From the human T2T-CHM13v2.0 reference genome, Homo sapiens, in assembly GCF_009914755.1 (NCBI RefSeq), contig NC_060939.1: 64,000 nt of DNA; one strand, written 5' to 3'. The position numbers and the translations under genes are program-made. Each line of letters opens with the position of its first letter. Positions within the stretch are counted from its first letter, which is position 1. This document shows, piece by piece, positions 1 through 13,472 of this stretch. A model generated the notes under the pieces. The model was not told the origin of the DNA. It saw only the letters and a list, made by a program, of their open reading frames with translations, and made no database searches.

Positions 1-200
1 TTAAACATCTTTTCAATTTTTTCATACATAACACTACAAAGATCACAATACAGAACATCCTCCCCTGAGAAGTTCCCCACCTACCCTTTCCCCGTCATCT
101 TCCCCTAAAGGAGCCAATATTCTGGCTACTATCACTTTGGATAAGTTTTGTCTATTCAAGAACGTTATGTAAAGGAAATGTACGTATATGGAGAATATTT
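1..200 (-). mobile_element. Ancient L1 (L1ME-like) 3' region fragment
   Basis: Degenerate L1M 3'-UTR antisense motifs (caatacagaacat...ttttgtctatt...aacgttatgtaaaggaa). Confidence 0.5.
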
Positions 201-264
201 TTCAGTGGGCCCGGCTCCCTTATTTCTGTTTCTTTTTATTTGTTTTATTGTTACTGTTTGGGGT

Positions 265-2065
265 ATTTTAACCAATTTATTGAGGAACAAAATTGACATA
301 CAACAAACCACACTTATTTAAAGTATATCATTTTAGAAGTTTTGACATATGTTTACACCTGTGAAATGATCATTCACAATCAAGACAATGAACATATCTG
401 TTCCCTCTCCAACCCTTGGTAAGTCCCTCCCTCCTTCCTGCCCTCCCCTACCATCGCTGAGCAACAGCTGCTCTGTATTCTGCCACTATAGATTAGTTTG
501 CATTTTCCAGAATTGTATATATATTAAATGATACAATATGCACTTTTGTCTAGTTCCTTTCACTCAGAAAAAATATTTTGTAATTCATCCATGTCATTGC
601 ATTTATTAATAGTTCATTGATTCTATTATTTAGTAATATTCTGTTATACGGATATATCATAATTTGTTTACCCATTCACAAGTTAATGCATATTTGAGTT
701 ATTTCCAGTTATTGACTGTTACAAACGATGCTGCTCTGAACATCTATGTACAAGTCTTTGGATGGGCATATGCTTTCATTACTCTTGGGTAATACCTAAG
801 GTGGAAATGGCTGAATCGTATGGTAGGTATGTGTTTTACTTTTTCAAAAAGTGCTGATGCACGTTTCAAAGTTTGAACAGCATGTTACATTCTCACCAGC
901 AATGAATAAGAATTCCAGTTTCTCCACACCTCTCTAAGACTTAGTATAGTCAGTTTTTTGTTTAATTTCAGTCATTTTAATAGACTTGTAGTAGTAACTC
1001 TTCATGGGTTTAATTTGCGTTTCCCTAATGACTAATGGTGGTGGGCCTCTTTCTATGTGCTGATTGGCTACATCTAATTTGGTGAGACGTATGTTCAAAC
1101 TTTGTGTCCATAGTTTTATTGCATTTTTTTCTTACTGAATTTTGAGACTTCTTGATATATCCTGCATACAATTCCTTTATGGGTTACATAATTTGAGATC
1201 ACTTTCTTACAGTCTGTAGCTTATCTTTTCAATCTCTTAATGATGTATTTTGAAGAACAGAAACTTTGAATTTTGGGGAAGCCCAATTTATCAATTTATG
1301 TTTTCCTAAATTATGCTTTTGCTGTCACAGCTAAGAAATATTTGCCTAACTCCTGGTCACAAAGATTCATACTATATTTTATTTTAGAAATTTCATGGCG
1401 TTAAGTTGTTCTTTAGCTCTTTTATACAGCTTGAGTTTTTATATATACCGTAAGGTATGCTTAGGATTTTATTTTTTCTTATAGATTTCCACATGTTCTA
1501 GTACCACTTATTTAAAAAAGACTATTATTTCTACACTCAATTGTTTTTGCACTTTCACTGAAAATCATTTGTTTGCCTATATATTTAGCTGGAAATTTCT
1601 GGACTCTATTCTGTTCCACTGACTTATTTTTGTATCTTTGTATCAGTACCACATTGTCTTGATGACAATAGCTTTATAGATTTTAAAGTCAGGTAGTGTT
1701 AATTCTCCAATTTTGTTCTCCTTCAAATTGTTTTGGCTCTTCTTAGTCCTTTGAAGTTCTATGTAAATTTTAGAATCATCTTTTCAAGGCCTATGAAAAT
1801 CCCATGAGATGTTGCGTGCGATTGTGTTAAATTTGTAAATGACTGGGATAAATTGGCATTTTAACAATATTGAGTCCTTCAGAGATAATCACAGTGTATC
1901 CCTTCATTTCTTTATGCCTTTGATACTTTGTCTCAGCTGGGTTTTTAAAGTTTTTATTATATAGGTTTTGCACATCTTTTGTCAGATTTCTATCTAAGTA
2001 TTTCATAGGTTTTTAATATTACAAATGGTGTTATTTTTCATTTCAATTTCCAATTGTGCTTGGAA
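265..2065 (-). mobile_element. Ancient L1 (L1MC/L1MB-like), 3' UTR through ORF2 C-terminal region
   Basis: Starts with tttattgagg..aattgacatacaac; continues with antisense ORF2 motifs (ttctcaccagcaatg, ttccctaatgactaatg, tttaacaatattgagtc). Confidence 0.8.
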
Positions 2066-2364
2066 AAATTCATCTGTCTCTTCATACATCACATATTTGT
2101 TCACTATCTTAGCATATGCTGTGTGCTCAGCACTACGCTAGATTTTGAGGAGAATGGGGAAGAAACATAGACTGTAAAATTATGATCCCCTTTTCCAAAA
2201 GTGATCTGTTTATATTAAAGGTTTACTTTAAATATGATCCATTTGGAAAGATGGGCCTTAACCAACAGAAAAAGATAGGTAATCATCCCAGCTATGGGTA
2301 TCAAAATACAAATTGAGGAGTATAAATATTTTCTAACTTTAAGAAAAATAGATAAATTTTATCA

Positions 2365-2500
2365 TGCATTTAATCTGTCCTAGGCACTGGGCTACTAAGC
2401 AATTCACATGCTTTTTCTCACCCAGTCTTCACATAAATTCTAGGAGATATTTGTCCATTACATCTTCGATTTATAAAGAAGGAAAATGAGGTAGGAAAAC
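2365..2500 (-). mobile_element. MIR fragment
   Basis: taggcactgggcta...ttataaagaaggaaaatgagg resembles the antisense MIR core. Confidence 0.55.
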
Positions 2501-2787
2501 ATACATGGTCTTAATTTAGAAGATTTCCAGGAGTGGTAATTATGTGACACCTATAGTTGATTAAAATGTAATGAGGGTGATCTTTCTTGGAATAAAAAAA
2601 GTTCCAAGAAAGATTCACAGAAGCAGAGAGTTTCCAAACCCTAGACTACAATGTGAACTGAACACTTTGAATGCTAATCTCAAAAATGTACTTCTATTTC
2701 TGGAAGAGTTAGTGACCATCTTGGAATTTCCTATATTTTCTAATATTTGTACAATTTTCAAGCTTATAGACTGTTTCATTTTATTGT

Positions 2788-3233
2788 GTGTATTCATATC
2801 CCAGGGTTGCCATAGCAAAGTACCGCAAACTGAGCTGCTTGCAAAACAGAAATTGATGGTCTCAGTTCTGGAGGCTGAAAGTCCAAAATCAAAGCGTCAG
2901 CAGGATTGGTTCTCTCAGGACTGTGAAAAGAAATGAATTCCATGCCTCTCACTTAGCTTCAGGTGGTTTACTGAAATCTTTGGCATTCCTTGGCTTGTAG
3001 AAATATCTACAAATCTCTGCTGTTATCTTCAAGTGGCATCGTCCCTGTGTGTAGCTGTGTCTAAAGCTCCCCCTTTTATAAGAACATCAGTCATATTGGT
3101 CTCATGGCCCACCCTACTCCAGATCGACCTCATCTTACCTAGTTATGTCTGCAATGGCTTTATTCCCAAGGAAGGTACAGTCTGAAATAATGGGGGTTAA
3201 CACATCAACGTGTGAATTTATTCAACCCATAAT
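2788..3233 (-). mobile_element. MaLR solo LTR (MLT1C-like)
   Basis: tgtatt..ccagggttgccatagcaaagtaccgcaaactg...ttctggaggctgaaagtccaaaatcaa...ttcaacccataa. Confidence 0.85.
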
Positions 3234-3749
3234 GCATGCTTTAGAAGTCTGTTTTGTTTGTTTGTTTCTAAGTGAAAGCACAGTACCTAAGCAAGAGGTG
3301 TCTTTCTTTGTCTTATGGGTGCAAGTCGCAGTAATAGATGTTTACAGGAGAACCATCAAAATATAATCACATTTTAAATGAGGTCCTTATCATGATTACT
3401 AATTAACAACAACACTAATAAGCCAAATTTGCTTAGGACTGCATTATTTTATTCATTTTTAAAATTGAATTATTAAGAATGAATCTGATTGGATGTTTCT
3501 CTGCCTTCTGCCAGTCAGTTTTGTCCCTAGGAATTTGTGCTCTGTAATCCTGGAGAATTAGCATCACCAGATATTACAACTGGGAAGGAATCTCATGGAT
3601 CAACTCTTCATAAAATGCTAAGTGGACCCAAGGAAAGCACATCATTAAGCATAATGATAAGCATGACTTTCTGATCATGGACCCTATGAAGTTTCTACAA
3701 TAAATTGGAGAATTGGGATGAGGGTTAGCCGTTGGTTGTTTTGAAAGTA

Positions 3750-4285
3750 GACCACAATTGACCTTCTATAAGTACTGCCCTTTCTTTCTTACCCCTCCCC
3801 ATAGGAATGGCCACTGACTCCATTTTTAACTATCTGATCCAGCTCATTCAGGGCCAGTGATGGATACTTACCCAAGTTGGGGTAATTTGTCTCTCTCAAT
3901 TGAGACTTTGGGTTAGAGACTCAGAACTACAAGTAATGTCTAATAAGTGCCTGAATTAGAATGTTATATAAGACTAGGACTGGGCTAGAACACATATAAA
4001 CCAGGGCAGTTTCAAATTTTGGCCTTTAGGGGTAGAGAAGAGTGGTGCCAGTAAGCAAAGAGAAGCAGAGACAAGAGACAAGAGAGCACATATCCTTAAA
4101 GAGATTGAGGAAGGAGAGTTTACTACTCAGTGCTCAGTCATTGGGAGTCACCTTCACAGGAGCAGTTAATTCTTGCCCTTGGGTTCTGTAATACCTGAGG
4201 TTTCTCAAAAGTCAATGCCCCTTTATCACTCTATTTGCTTTGGAATGCTCCTGTGATTTCCAACCCAAAGAGCATGTCAAGTACA
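3750..4285 (+). mobile_element. Old MaLR LTR (MLT1J/K/L-like)
   Basis: 3' end ctgtgatttccaacccaaagagcatgtcaagtaca resembles the MLT1 terminus. Confidence 0.5.
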
Positions 4286-4304
4286 GATGTTTAGTCCAAA
4301 TTTC

Positions 4305-5115
4305 TCATTTAACATACCAAAAATATTTATTGAGTGTCTACTATGCAAAACACTCAACACTAGGAAATGAAAGCTAAAGGAACGGCCACAATCGTCTGGT
4401 ATCAACTAAATCAATGATCACAGAACTGTGGTCAGTTTTATAAAGAGGTAGCAGAGGTTCCTATGAAAAGAACATTTTATCCTACTCAGGAGTCGGGGTG
4501 GGACTTCTGAGAAGGTAATATTTTATTTGAGATTGCATTTTCTGCTTGATAGATTCATCATTTTTGCTTTCATATTGTTTCACTTTTGAAACTAAGTAGG
4601 AAATTGCTTGATGAAAAAAAAACTTTTCTTTCTTGGTAAAGGGAAAGTTCTGAGGAGTCAAATATCAGGATGAAGAAAGAAACTGCAGATAGTCCCCATT
4701 TCTGCAGGGTCACATGCATATGCAGGAGGGAGATGGGAGGGGGGGCTATAAAGGAGAAATGGCAATGATATGAGCTCTGTTCTGAAACTAAGGCGGGGGC
4801 TTTTGGGTAGTCTGGGGAGTATAATGACATGATCATATTTGCAGTTTAGGAAGTTTATTTTGGCAGAGTGTGGGGGATCATTTCAAGGGCCATACTGGAG
4901 GAAATGAGACAAGTTGGGAGGCTGACCTAGTCATCCAGGTGAGAAATGATGCAAACCTGAACTAAGAAACTGGCAGAATGAATAGAAAAGGTGATGGATA
5001 TGAGACTTTTAGGAAAGATAATCTGTAAGACTTGGTGACTGATTAAGTAAGAGGGAGGAATATGGACTAATGCCTGGATGTCCCACTTAGGTGAGAGTAA
5101 TGATAATCCTCAAGA
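4305..5115 (-). mobile_element. L2 LINE 3' region (fragmented)
   Basis: aaatatttattgagtgtctactatg L2 tail; gtcatccaggtgagaaatgatg and gacttggtgactgatt L2 motifs. Confidence 0.75.
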
Positions 5116-6638
5116 TAAAGGAAACACCTCTGTCCTTTCTTCTCCCATTGAAACACCACAGTTTCAGTCTTCATTCATCCTCTTCCACATACTATGGGAT
5201 CCTGGGAGTGAAGGGTAATTTGTGATTGCTCCTAACCCATGGGTAACCCATTCCGCAGGAAGCCATAATTTAGGACTGGTCCTATCAAAATTTAACATTG
5301 TTTTGCCATCATGACTTTGCAAAGTAATGCATGCATGAATATGCCAAAACTGATTTTCATTTTTCTTTTATTTTCTCCCCAGAATATGTTTCAAAAATGC
5401 TTCTGAGTGTTTAATGAAGAAGTGCAATACCATCCTCAACATGTAGATATCTATACTACTATGCTTAATATATGTATTGAAGCTGCTCATTGTGTGTTTG
5501 TCTTTTTTTTTTTTTCTTTTCTTTTGTGGTGAGTGGTTGGGAGAAGTTAGTATATATCACATGGCTTTCACTGCTATTCAATAAAAAATCTCCTATTGAA
5601 TGCACCAATTCTCTCCAGAAGTGGCGACCCCTAACAGATGTCAATAGTCTGGGCATGTGTTAGGCCCAGAGGGGTTGTGAAGATAATGAAGGGCAGAGGA
5701 GGGACAGAAGGAACCAGAGATCAGCTATGCACAATAAAGAGACAAGTAGATAAATTGAGTTTTACTGTCTCCTTGCTTTTCATATTTTCCGTTGCAATAA
5801 AAAAATAATAAAAATGAATTATTCCACCAGCCAGAAAGAAGCAATTACATTCATAGAAACATACCCTGTATGTTAAGAAATGACATATGGGGGCCACTAG
5901 TCACCCTACCGTCCTTGCAGAGAAAAAGAATCAACGGTTTTTACCTAGCCTTGGTAAAAAGCAGCAAGCTTTCATTTTTTATGAACTATGAAAGATGTGG
6001 TGCATAATGCCCCAATCAAAGTGCATTCTTGTTGTGGATGTTCGTTTTGATTGTGTTTATTCATTGCGGTGGTGAATACCATCAGCCTCTCCACCCACTG
6101 CAGGCCAAAGAGTGGAGAAGCTGCTGCCCCTGAAGATATCTGTAGACCCAGAATGATGGAAAAATAGGGAAATTTAAGGTATTGAAGTCGGAACTACAAA
6201 GAGATATGAAAGAATAGACAGGCATTAGAAAACTCACTGCAGGGGTTTGAAAGCAAGAAAGAGGGGAACAAACATCTATTACAACAAAATAATAAAGTCT
6301 TTTTGAAACTTTAAGGGAAAAATCATCTTGTTTTGTGAAAAGATGGCGAGACATGTTCATTGATCTTTTTAAGAGACAACAAAAAATTGGCCGTCTACTG
6401 AATAAAAGAAAATGAAGTTCCATTAATACAATCTGCTGAAAGACAACTCAGATAAATTGATCAATGCAGTACAAATCATTTCTAACCTTTCCCCCTATTT
6501 GGAGAGGATGTTTTTTCAAGAGTGTAAACAACATACATCATCAACTTCAAGTGCTTTTTAGATGGCTTATCCAGCAATAATGGAAATGGAGAATTTCTGG
6601 AACTAAGTATGTAATGCTTTCTATAATTATAGGTCTGA

Positions 6639-6975
<337 letters not shown>

Positions 6976-9324
6976 TGGTCATAATTTTTTTAAAATTTTG
7001 GTAACTTCCATGTTGACCTTTCTCCTTTGATTTTATCTTTAGACTTCTTTATAGAAAATATTTATGTATAAGCCATAGTGGCTCTATTATTGAATCTAGG
7101 ATCCACCATTCAAGACCATCTACTGGAAAAGGTAAACATATTTTTATATATATCTGTACAAATTCTTTTGAAAGAAACTGTCTTTCTTCTGAACATGGTT
7201 TCTTCTCAATTCAAAGGAAGAATTAAAAAAAAGGAATATTTTTATTTGTTTCTTCTACATCCCTTCCACCAAGTAAAAGATAACCTACCCACAGCCTGAA
7301 GTTTACAATAACCTATCCAAAATTTATACTGTAGAATTTCTAAGAAAAGTTTTTGGTTCCTTATAGTCAAATTGTTTGTTTTATTTTAATATGTGACAGT
7401 GATTATATATGGCTTATTGTAAACTAAAAAAATTAGGTGGCTCAATGATTATATGGCAATCTATTTGGTACAAAATATTTTAAATGAGTGACTATTTCTT
7501 TAAGGAAAGGGGTTTTCTAGAAGGGGTTCACAAAACATGGACTAATATTAAAACAATATTTACAAAGTCCTAACTCATTTTTATTCTGTATATATTGACA
7601 TGTCTTCAGGTAAGCAGGTATTTAAAGTATGACTTTCCATATTTCTAAACCAAAATAATGATGTTGAGGTTGTCTCTGGATGTTAGGCTTTGTATAGGCC
7701 ATAAAACCTGTGATACACAATTTTAAGTACTGTGTTTTCTAAATATGTTTTTGGTTATATATGAAAGATTCATTCCAATTTGTATTAAATACATAGGAAT
7801 TTCTTCCCGGAGAGGCATTTGCTCAACATGAAACCCCAGAGAATTATCCAATAGATAAACGTATCCATGAACACATACACACACAGGGGAGGGGCAAAGA
7901 AGACAGGGTCTTGACATCTCGACAGGTGATACCGACTGAAATCTTGCTCTTTAGGCCCTAGTAAATTTCTCTTCAGGGCACTTCTTTCAATACCTAGAGG
8001 GGAACAGGCACACTTTGCAGATCCTTTGGTGGATTCAGCATTCTCAATCTCTCAAGCAAGAATTACTCTTGAGATCAAATTGAACTTTTCCAGGGAGAAG
8101 GTGCATCTTTGGGATTAAAGCTTCAATTATCTAAGATCAGGGAGTGAAGCAGGGGTGGATCTATTCCATTAGTGATTTTCTAATGCACATTTTAACAACT
8201 TGCTAAATGCTCACAGCACATTTTTTCTTTCTTTTTCTATTTTTTTGCTGAGGTTGTACAAGAAAATGGAGACATAGAGGTGTAAAGAGTCACAGGGAAA
8301 ACAGAGAAAAACATGACTTACAAAAAACCTCTTAAAATTATGAGAGATAGATCCCAGGGAATTACAAATAGTCTACTCCTTCAAAGAAAGCTATTTTCTC
8401 AGCCTGGTAGGTCTTCTGAAGAAGACTGTTGTCTGAGATAAGAAAGTTTGGGCATTGTCTCAATTCATATTTTTATTTTTAAATGCCATGGCTGGAAAGC
8501 TTCAAGACTTGCATTCCACATGCTCCAGCATGCTGAAACCCTGGGTGAATTTTCTCTTTCCTCTGCAGAGGTGTTTTATACCTAGGAAAGACCTGAGAAT
8601 TATTTCATCCCACTTGATCCAGGAAGGTGGAAATGACAACTTATTGTAATCTTGCCTGTACTAATAAGAGTATTATGCTAAACACATTTGAAGCTTTTAG
8701 TAAGTGAATCTGAATGAAACAGTGTGGTAGGAACAATATTCAATTTAAGGAATTTCTAGATTTCCCTTTTTTCCCTGCAGACTGTGAAATGAAATTCTTT
8801 CCTGGCCAGCATCTGGACCCTGGTTAGCAGATCACAGTTCCTGCTCTGCGTGTCAGGGCCTTCCTCTCATTCTCTGTCCACCTTAAGTTTTGGCACCATG
8901 ACGGCATCCTAAAGGCATTCCCATATAGACAAAATTCAACATATTGTAACATGGGCTCATCCGGTTACCTACCTAAGAAGCACATACACATTCCTACTTG
9001 ATATTGTTTTTAAACTTTGTTATAAAATCTAATAAAACACTTCAGCCACAAATAGACGCATGAGGATTTTGATAGTTTATTCCCTTTCCTTTCATTTATT
9101 TATTTCATTTGGAAGGGCTAATTTAACAAATTTATGTATCCGTCACATCTCAGGTAAATTTGTACTGCTTATGAGAAAAATGTGAGTTAGAAACACGACT
9201 CTGGAAGATTCAAATTCAATGATGATGTGTTTTATAAAGCTGAGGAGGATTTAAATAAAGAGTAACTTAAACTCAGAAGGTTCCTCAGGAAAAATGAAGA
9301 ATTATCTTTTATGGAATGCATACA

Positions 9325-9505
9325 TTGTAAGCATTCAATCCAAGGCATGGTACCAGGCACTTAACATTGACTACAACATTTAGTCTTTGCACTACTCCAG
9401 TGAATTAGGCTTGATCACTATTTCAAAGATGAGCCAACTCAGTCTCTCTGAAATTAAATAATTTGCTCAAGCAATGGGGAAATGGCAGGGACTAGACTTG
9501 GACCA
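9325..9505 (-). mobile_element. MIR
   Basis: tttcaaagatgagccaactcag...attaaataatttgctcaag MIR core antisense. Confidence 0.6.
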
Positions 9506-10027
9506 AACAAATGTATTTTATCCCACTGTGGGAACGAAGAACTGTGATAACATGTCTTTAATTATATTCAAGAATATATATATAGAGAGAGAGGTACATG
9601 TGTATCTATATATAGAGAGAGATTATGCATACACATGTATGAATACTTATTTAATCTAATAAAACGCCCTTTGAGGGTCTTTTTGTAGAATTATTTTAGG
9701 TGTTTTGCTTGTTTGTTTTCTACATGCCTGGAATAAAAACAGTAGTGACATAGATTTGATTTCATAGTAAATAAAACGCTACTCCTTTTATGAAACCTCT
9801 TGTTTCTCTACCAGAACCTTTTCTCTGGGACCACCTTTCTTAACCCAAGAGGAGATACTAGATACTACATCAATTCCCAAGAGATATTTTCTAAATTTTC
9901 AATCCCACTAATCTCAGGTTTTCATGCCATTTGATAAAAGTGGAGCTCACCAAATCAGAAAAAGAATTGTTAAACTCTTGAACTCTCCATTCATATGCAA
10001 CAAACTCAACAGGAAAATCAATGCAAT

Positions 10028-10668
10028 CCATTCACTGAATATTTATTAGGGGTGCCTATATTGTATCAGGTATTCCTCTAGATCTGAGGAGGAAGAAAAA
10101 AAAAAAGCAGAAAATAATTCCTGTCCTCATAAAACAGAAAACAATCCCTGTCCTCAAAGAGCTTACATTCTAGTGGAAGAAAGAGAAAATAAGTAACTAC
10201 ATAGATAAGTGCATGTGCAATGTAATTCCAGATGGTGGTAAGTGCACTGCAGCATGATAAAGCAGTTCCAGGAGCTCCTGAGTTAGCGGAGGTGGGGGGC
10301 TGTTTCAGGCAGAGCTGTCCTTTCATGCATAGCTGTCCTCACAGCTCTGCCTGAGCCAGCAACTTTATGAGGTCAGAGAACAATGGGAGTATCTTGCAGG
10401 ACCTACTCCAAGAAGGGGGAAGACCAAGCACAACATCAAAAAAAGAATGAGCATGGTGAATCCCTGCAAATGGGAGAGGGCCAGAGAGGCTGAACGCACT
10501 AAGTCAAGGCAAAAGAAGAAACATGTGGACCTTCAGCGGAAGCAAGTGTCAGGTTGTATGTGGCCTTGGAATAGGAGCTTTGATTTTATTCCAGGTGTGA
10601 TGGGGAGCCATGGGAAGTGTGGGTTCAGAAGAGTGACATAATTTTCATTTTTAAAAATATTCACTCTT
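10028..10668 (-). mobile_element. L2 LINE 3' region
   Basis: cattcactgaatatttattag; ccctgtcctcaaagagcttacattctagtgg; tgatggggagccatgggaag. Confidence 0.8.
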
Positions 10669-11202
<534 letters not shown>

Positions 11203-11559
11203 TCACTCTGTCAAGGTGTACCACCAATCACTCTGATGAGGAATTCTCCAATATGATGATAGAATAAAAATCCTGCCACTCTATTTCCACATGGTCATTA
11301 AATCTGAAGTTTTTACCAAACTCTGAGATTCTTCTAAAAGGGTAAGGGCTGTGTTTTAAAACATTGTATTTTCAAGCTTCTGGGAAATGCAATATAATTT
11401 ATTCTACAAATTTTTTAATTCGAGTTAGGCCCTAACATAAAAATTATATAAATTGACCTGGGAACTAAACTTCCAAAATCACATGCAAATATTTTACACG
11501 TATTAGAATAGCTATGTTCTGCCTAAAATTGAGTTTGTTTTTTTACATGATGCAAAGCC

Positions 11560-11561
<2 letters not shown>

Positions 11562-11600
<39 letters not shown>

Positions 11601-11682
11601 ACAGAGAGAGAGAGTGCACACACACATAAATACATACATACATGTATTTATAACACACATAAACACATACATATATACATAT
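11562..11682. repeat. (TG)n followed by (AG)n and degenerate (CA/TA)n
   Basis: Direct reading; about 18 TG units. Confidence 0.95.
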
Positions 11683-11761
11683 AATTTCCCCCAAGTTTTT
11701 TATTAAAAGTTTAATAGTTCTTTTTAATAACCATACTCTGTACAAGTCATTGTGCTAAGAA

Positions 11762-12186
11762 TGTTGCTGGTCAGGTACTTTGGCAAGCAGACTCTGAGAA
11801 GGGGATTAGTGAGCATGAAGTTTTAGGGAGTGTTCTTAAGATGAACACCTGTAGATAGAAAAAGAGCAGCAGGATTGGACACAAAGCAACTGGGCTACAA
11901 CATCACCTCCATGAAAGTCTCAGCCAACTTATATGAGGAGCTGAAGCAAAGATGGCCCCTCACATTGTACCAAATTGAAGGGAAAGAACCAGCTTTTATA
12001 CTCCCACACTGACCAGTAATTGAATGTGGGCTTCCCCAGCAAGGGAGTGTGACCTTGGATGAAAAAATTATCTTAGCTTTAGGTAATTCATAAGGAGGAC
12101 TGGCAGCTAAGAGTGGCCTGAGATAAATACTTCAGCACCTGGAAAAAGAAGGGAGAGGTAAGTGGCATATTATATAATCCACTACA
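11762..12186 (-). mobile_element. ERVL LTR (LTR41/LTR40-like), 3' LTR of an old provirus
   Basis: aagcagactctgaga...gggagtgttct..gatgaacacctgt; ends atccactaca (reverse complement TGTAGTGGAT); abuts ERVL internal sequence. Confidence 0.7.
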
Positions 12187-13237
12187 GTATAGCACTCATA
12201 TTGTTTGTATTCACTTCTTCATGTAAGTTCTGGAAGCAGCTCTTTCAGGATGCTGGTGAGACTCTGTTTCTAAGGGGGACTTATAAAAGGAAGATTTGAA
12301 GAACAAACTTTAGGGTCCAACACTGAAGTTGGTCTCCTGGCAATTCACAGATCTTCTTAAACCTAGATTCCTTATAGACTGCTGGCTTTCATAGCTTACT
12401 TGGTGACATGACACAGATTCACTCCTCGAGGGTTTGAGCTCTGTGTATTGTGTTCTTTCTTCTCAGCTTGGGGCTGCTGGTCTGTCCACTTACCAACAAA
12501 ACTGGACAAGGGAACACCGAGAAGCATTCAAGTGGGTCTCCTGCTTGTCAGACATATTCATCATTGTGTCTTGACAGCCCTAGCTTCTGATCTTCAGGGT
12601 CAGCTGCTATTCTAGGATGGTGATTCCTCTTGTTGTCTGTTGTCCCCTTGCCGCAAAGATCCCCCAAATTCACAAGCAGTAATCATGACTTATAATTTAG
12701 TGAGATTCCTGCTGCATTCCTTAGTGAAAGCATATACCTTTGGAAACCAAGATATCTAAACTCACAGAGCCAATAATTACGGGGATATGAAGGAAAAGTT
12801 TCCTAATCGAATACGTAGGAGACAGTCCTGCTTCCACCCTTTAATTCCCAGATGAATGTCTTCTCCTATTACAGAAAGGTACCCTTTGAAAATCATTGAT
12901 TTATACTGCACCTGACATCTTGGAGGATGACTCTCCTCTCTTGCAAGTCATCACCTCCAAGTCAGTGTTTCTGCTACTCCTTCAGCAAGTCATTCCATTC
13001 CTCTGTCAGGCAAGCAGCATCTGTGGGGTGTGAAATGTGATGTGAGCAGTGGATCCCGGGTCATGTCTCACTCCTGCAACTCTTCTACTGCAAATGATTC
13101 CCTTGGTCTTACACAATGTTGTATTTGATTTTATAATGACATATCAAACATTTTATGAGCCCTCAGGCAGTGGTGATGTGCCTCTGTGGTTAGAAAAAGA
13201 AACTAATAACTAGAATATGTATCTATCCCTGCTCTCT
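12187..13237 (-). mobile_element. ERVL internal (ERV3-16A3-like), dUTPase-like/integrase remnant
   Basis: Reverse complement near 13200-13235 reads ..AGIDTYSSY*F, matching ERVL integrase TGIDTYSGYGF. Confidence 0.7.
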
Positions 13238-13472
13238 TGTCTTAGTCTTCTCTGGCTGCCATAACAAAATAGGAGAGACTGGGTGACTTAAACAAAACAA
13301 AGTTATTTTCTCATAGTCCTAGAGGCTAGAAGTCCCAAATCCAGGTGCCAGCAAGGTTAGGTTCTAGTGAGGATTCTTTTCCTGGCATGCAGATGGCTGC
13401 CTTCTACTGTGTGCTCATATGTGAAGTATGTTTCTATGGATACAGAAGAATATATCTCTCTTTACCTCTCTC
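13238..13472 (-). mobile_element. MLT1A-type MaLR LTR, 3' part (split by L1)
   Basis: tgtcttagtc..ggctgccataacaaaat..agactgggtgacttaaac...gcagatggctgccttc. Confidence 0.85.

Noticed and set aside
265-2065. This L1MC as donor of the captured block at 50593-52229
   Set aside because: Only family-level similarity; it lacks the Alu and the unique flank.
9661-9685. aaaacgccct-ttg-agggtcttttt, resembling a bacterial intrinsic terminator
   Set aside because: Short imperfect stem in mammalian DNA with no prokaryotic context; expected by chance.
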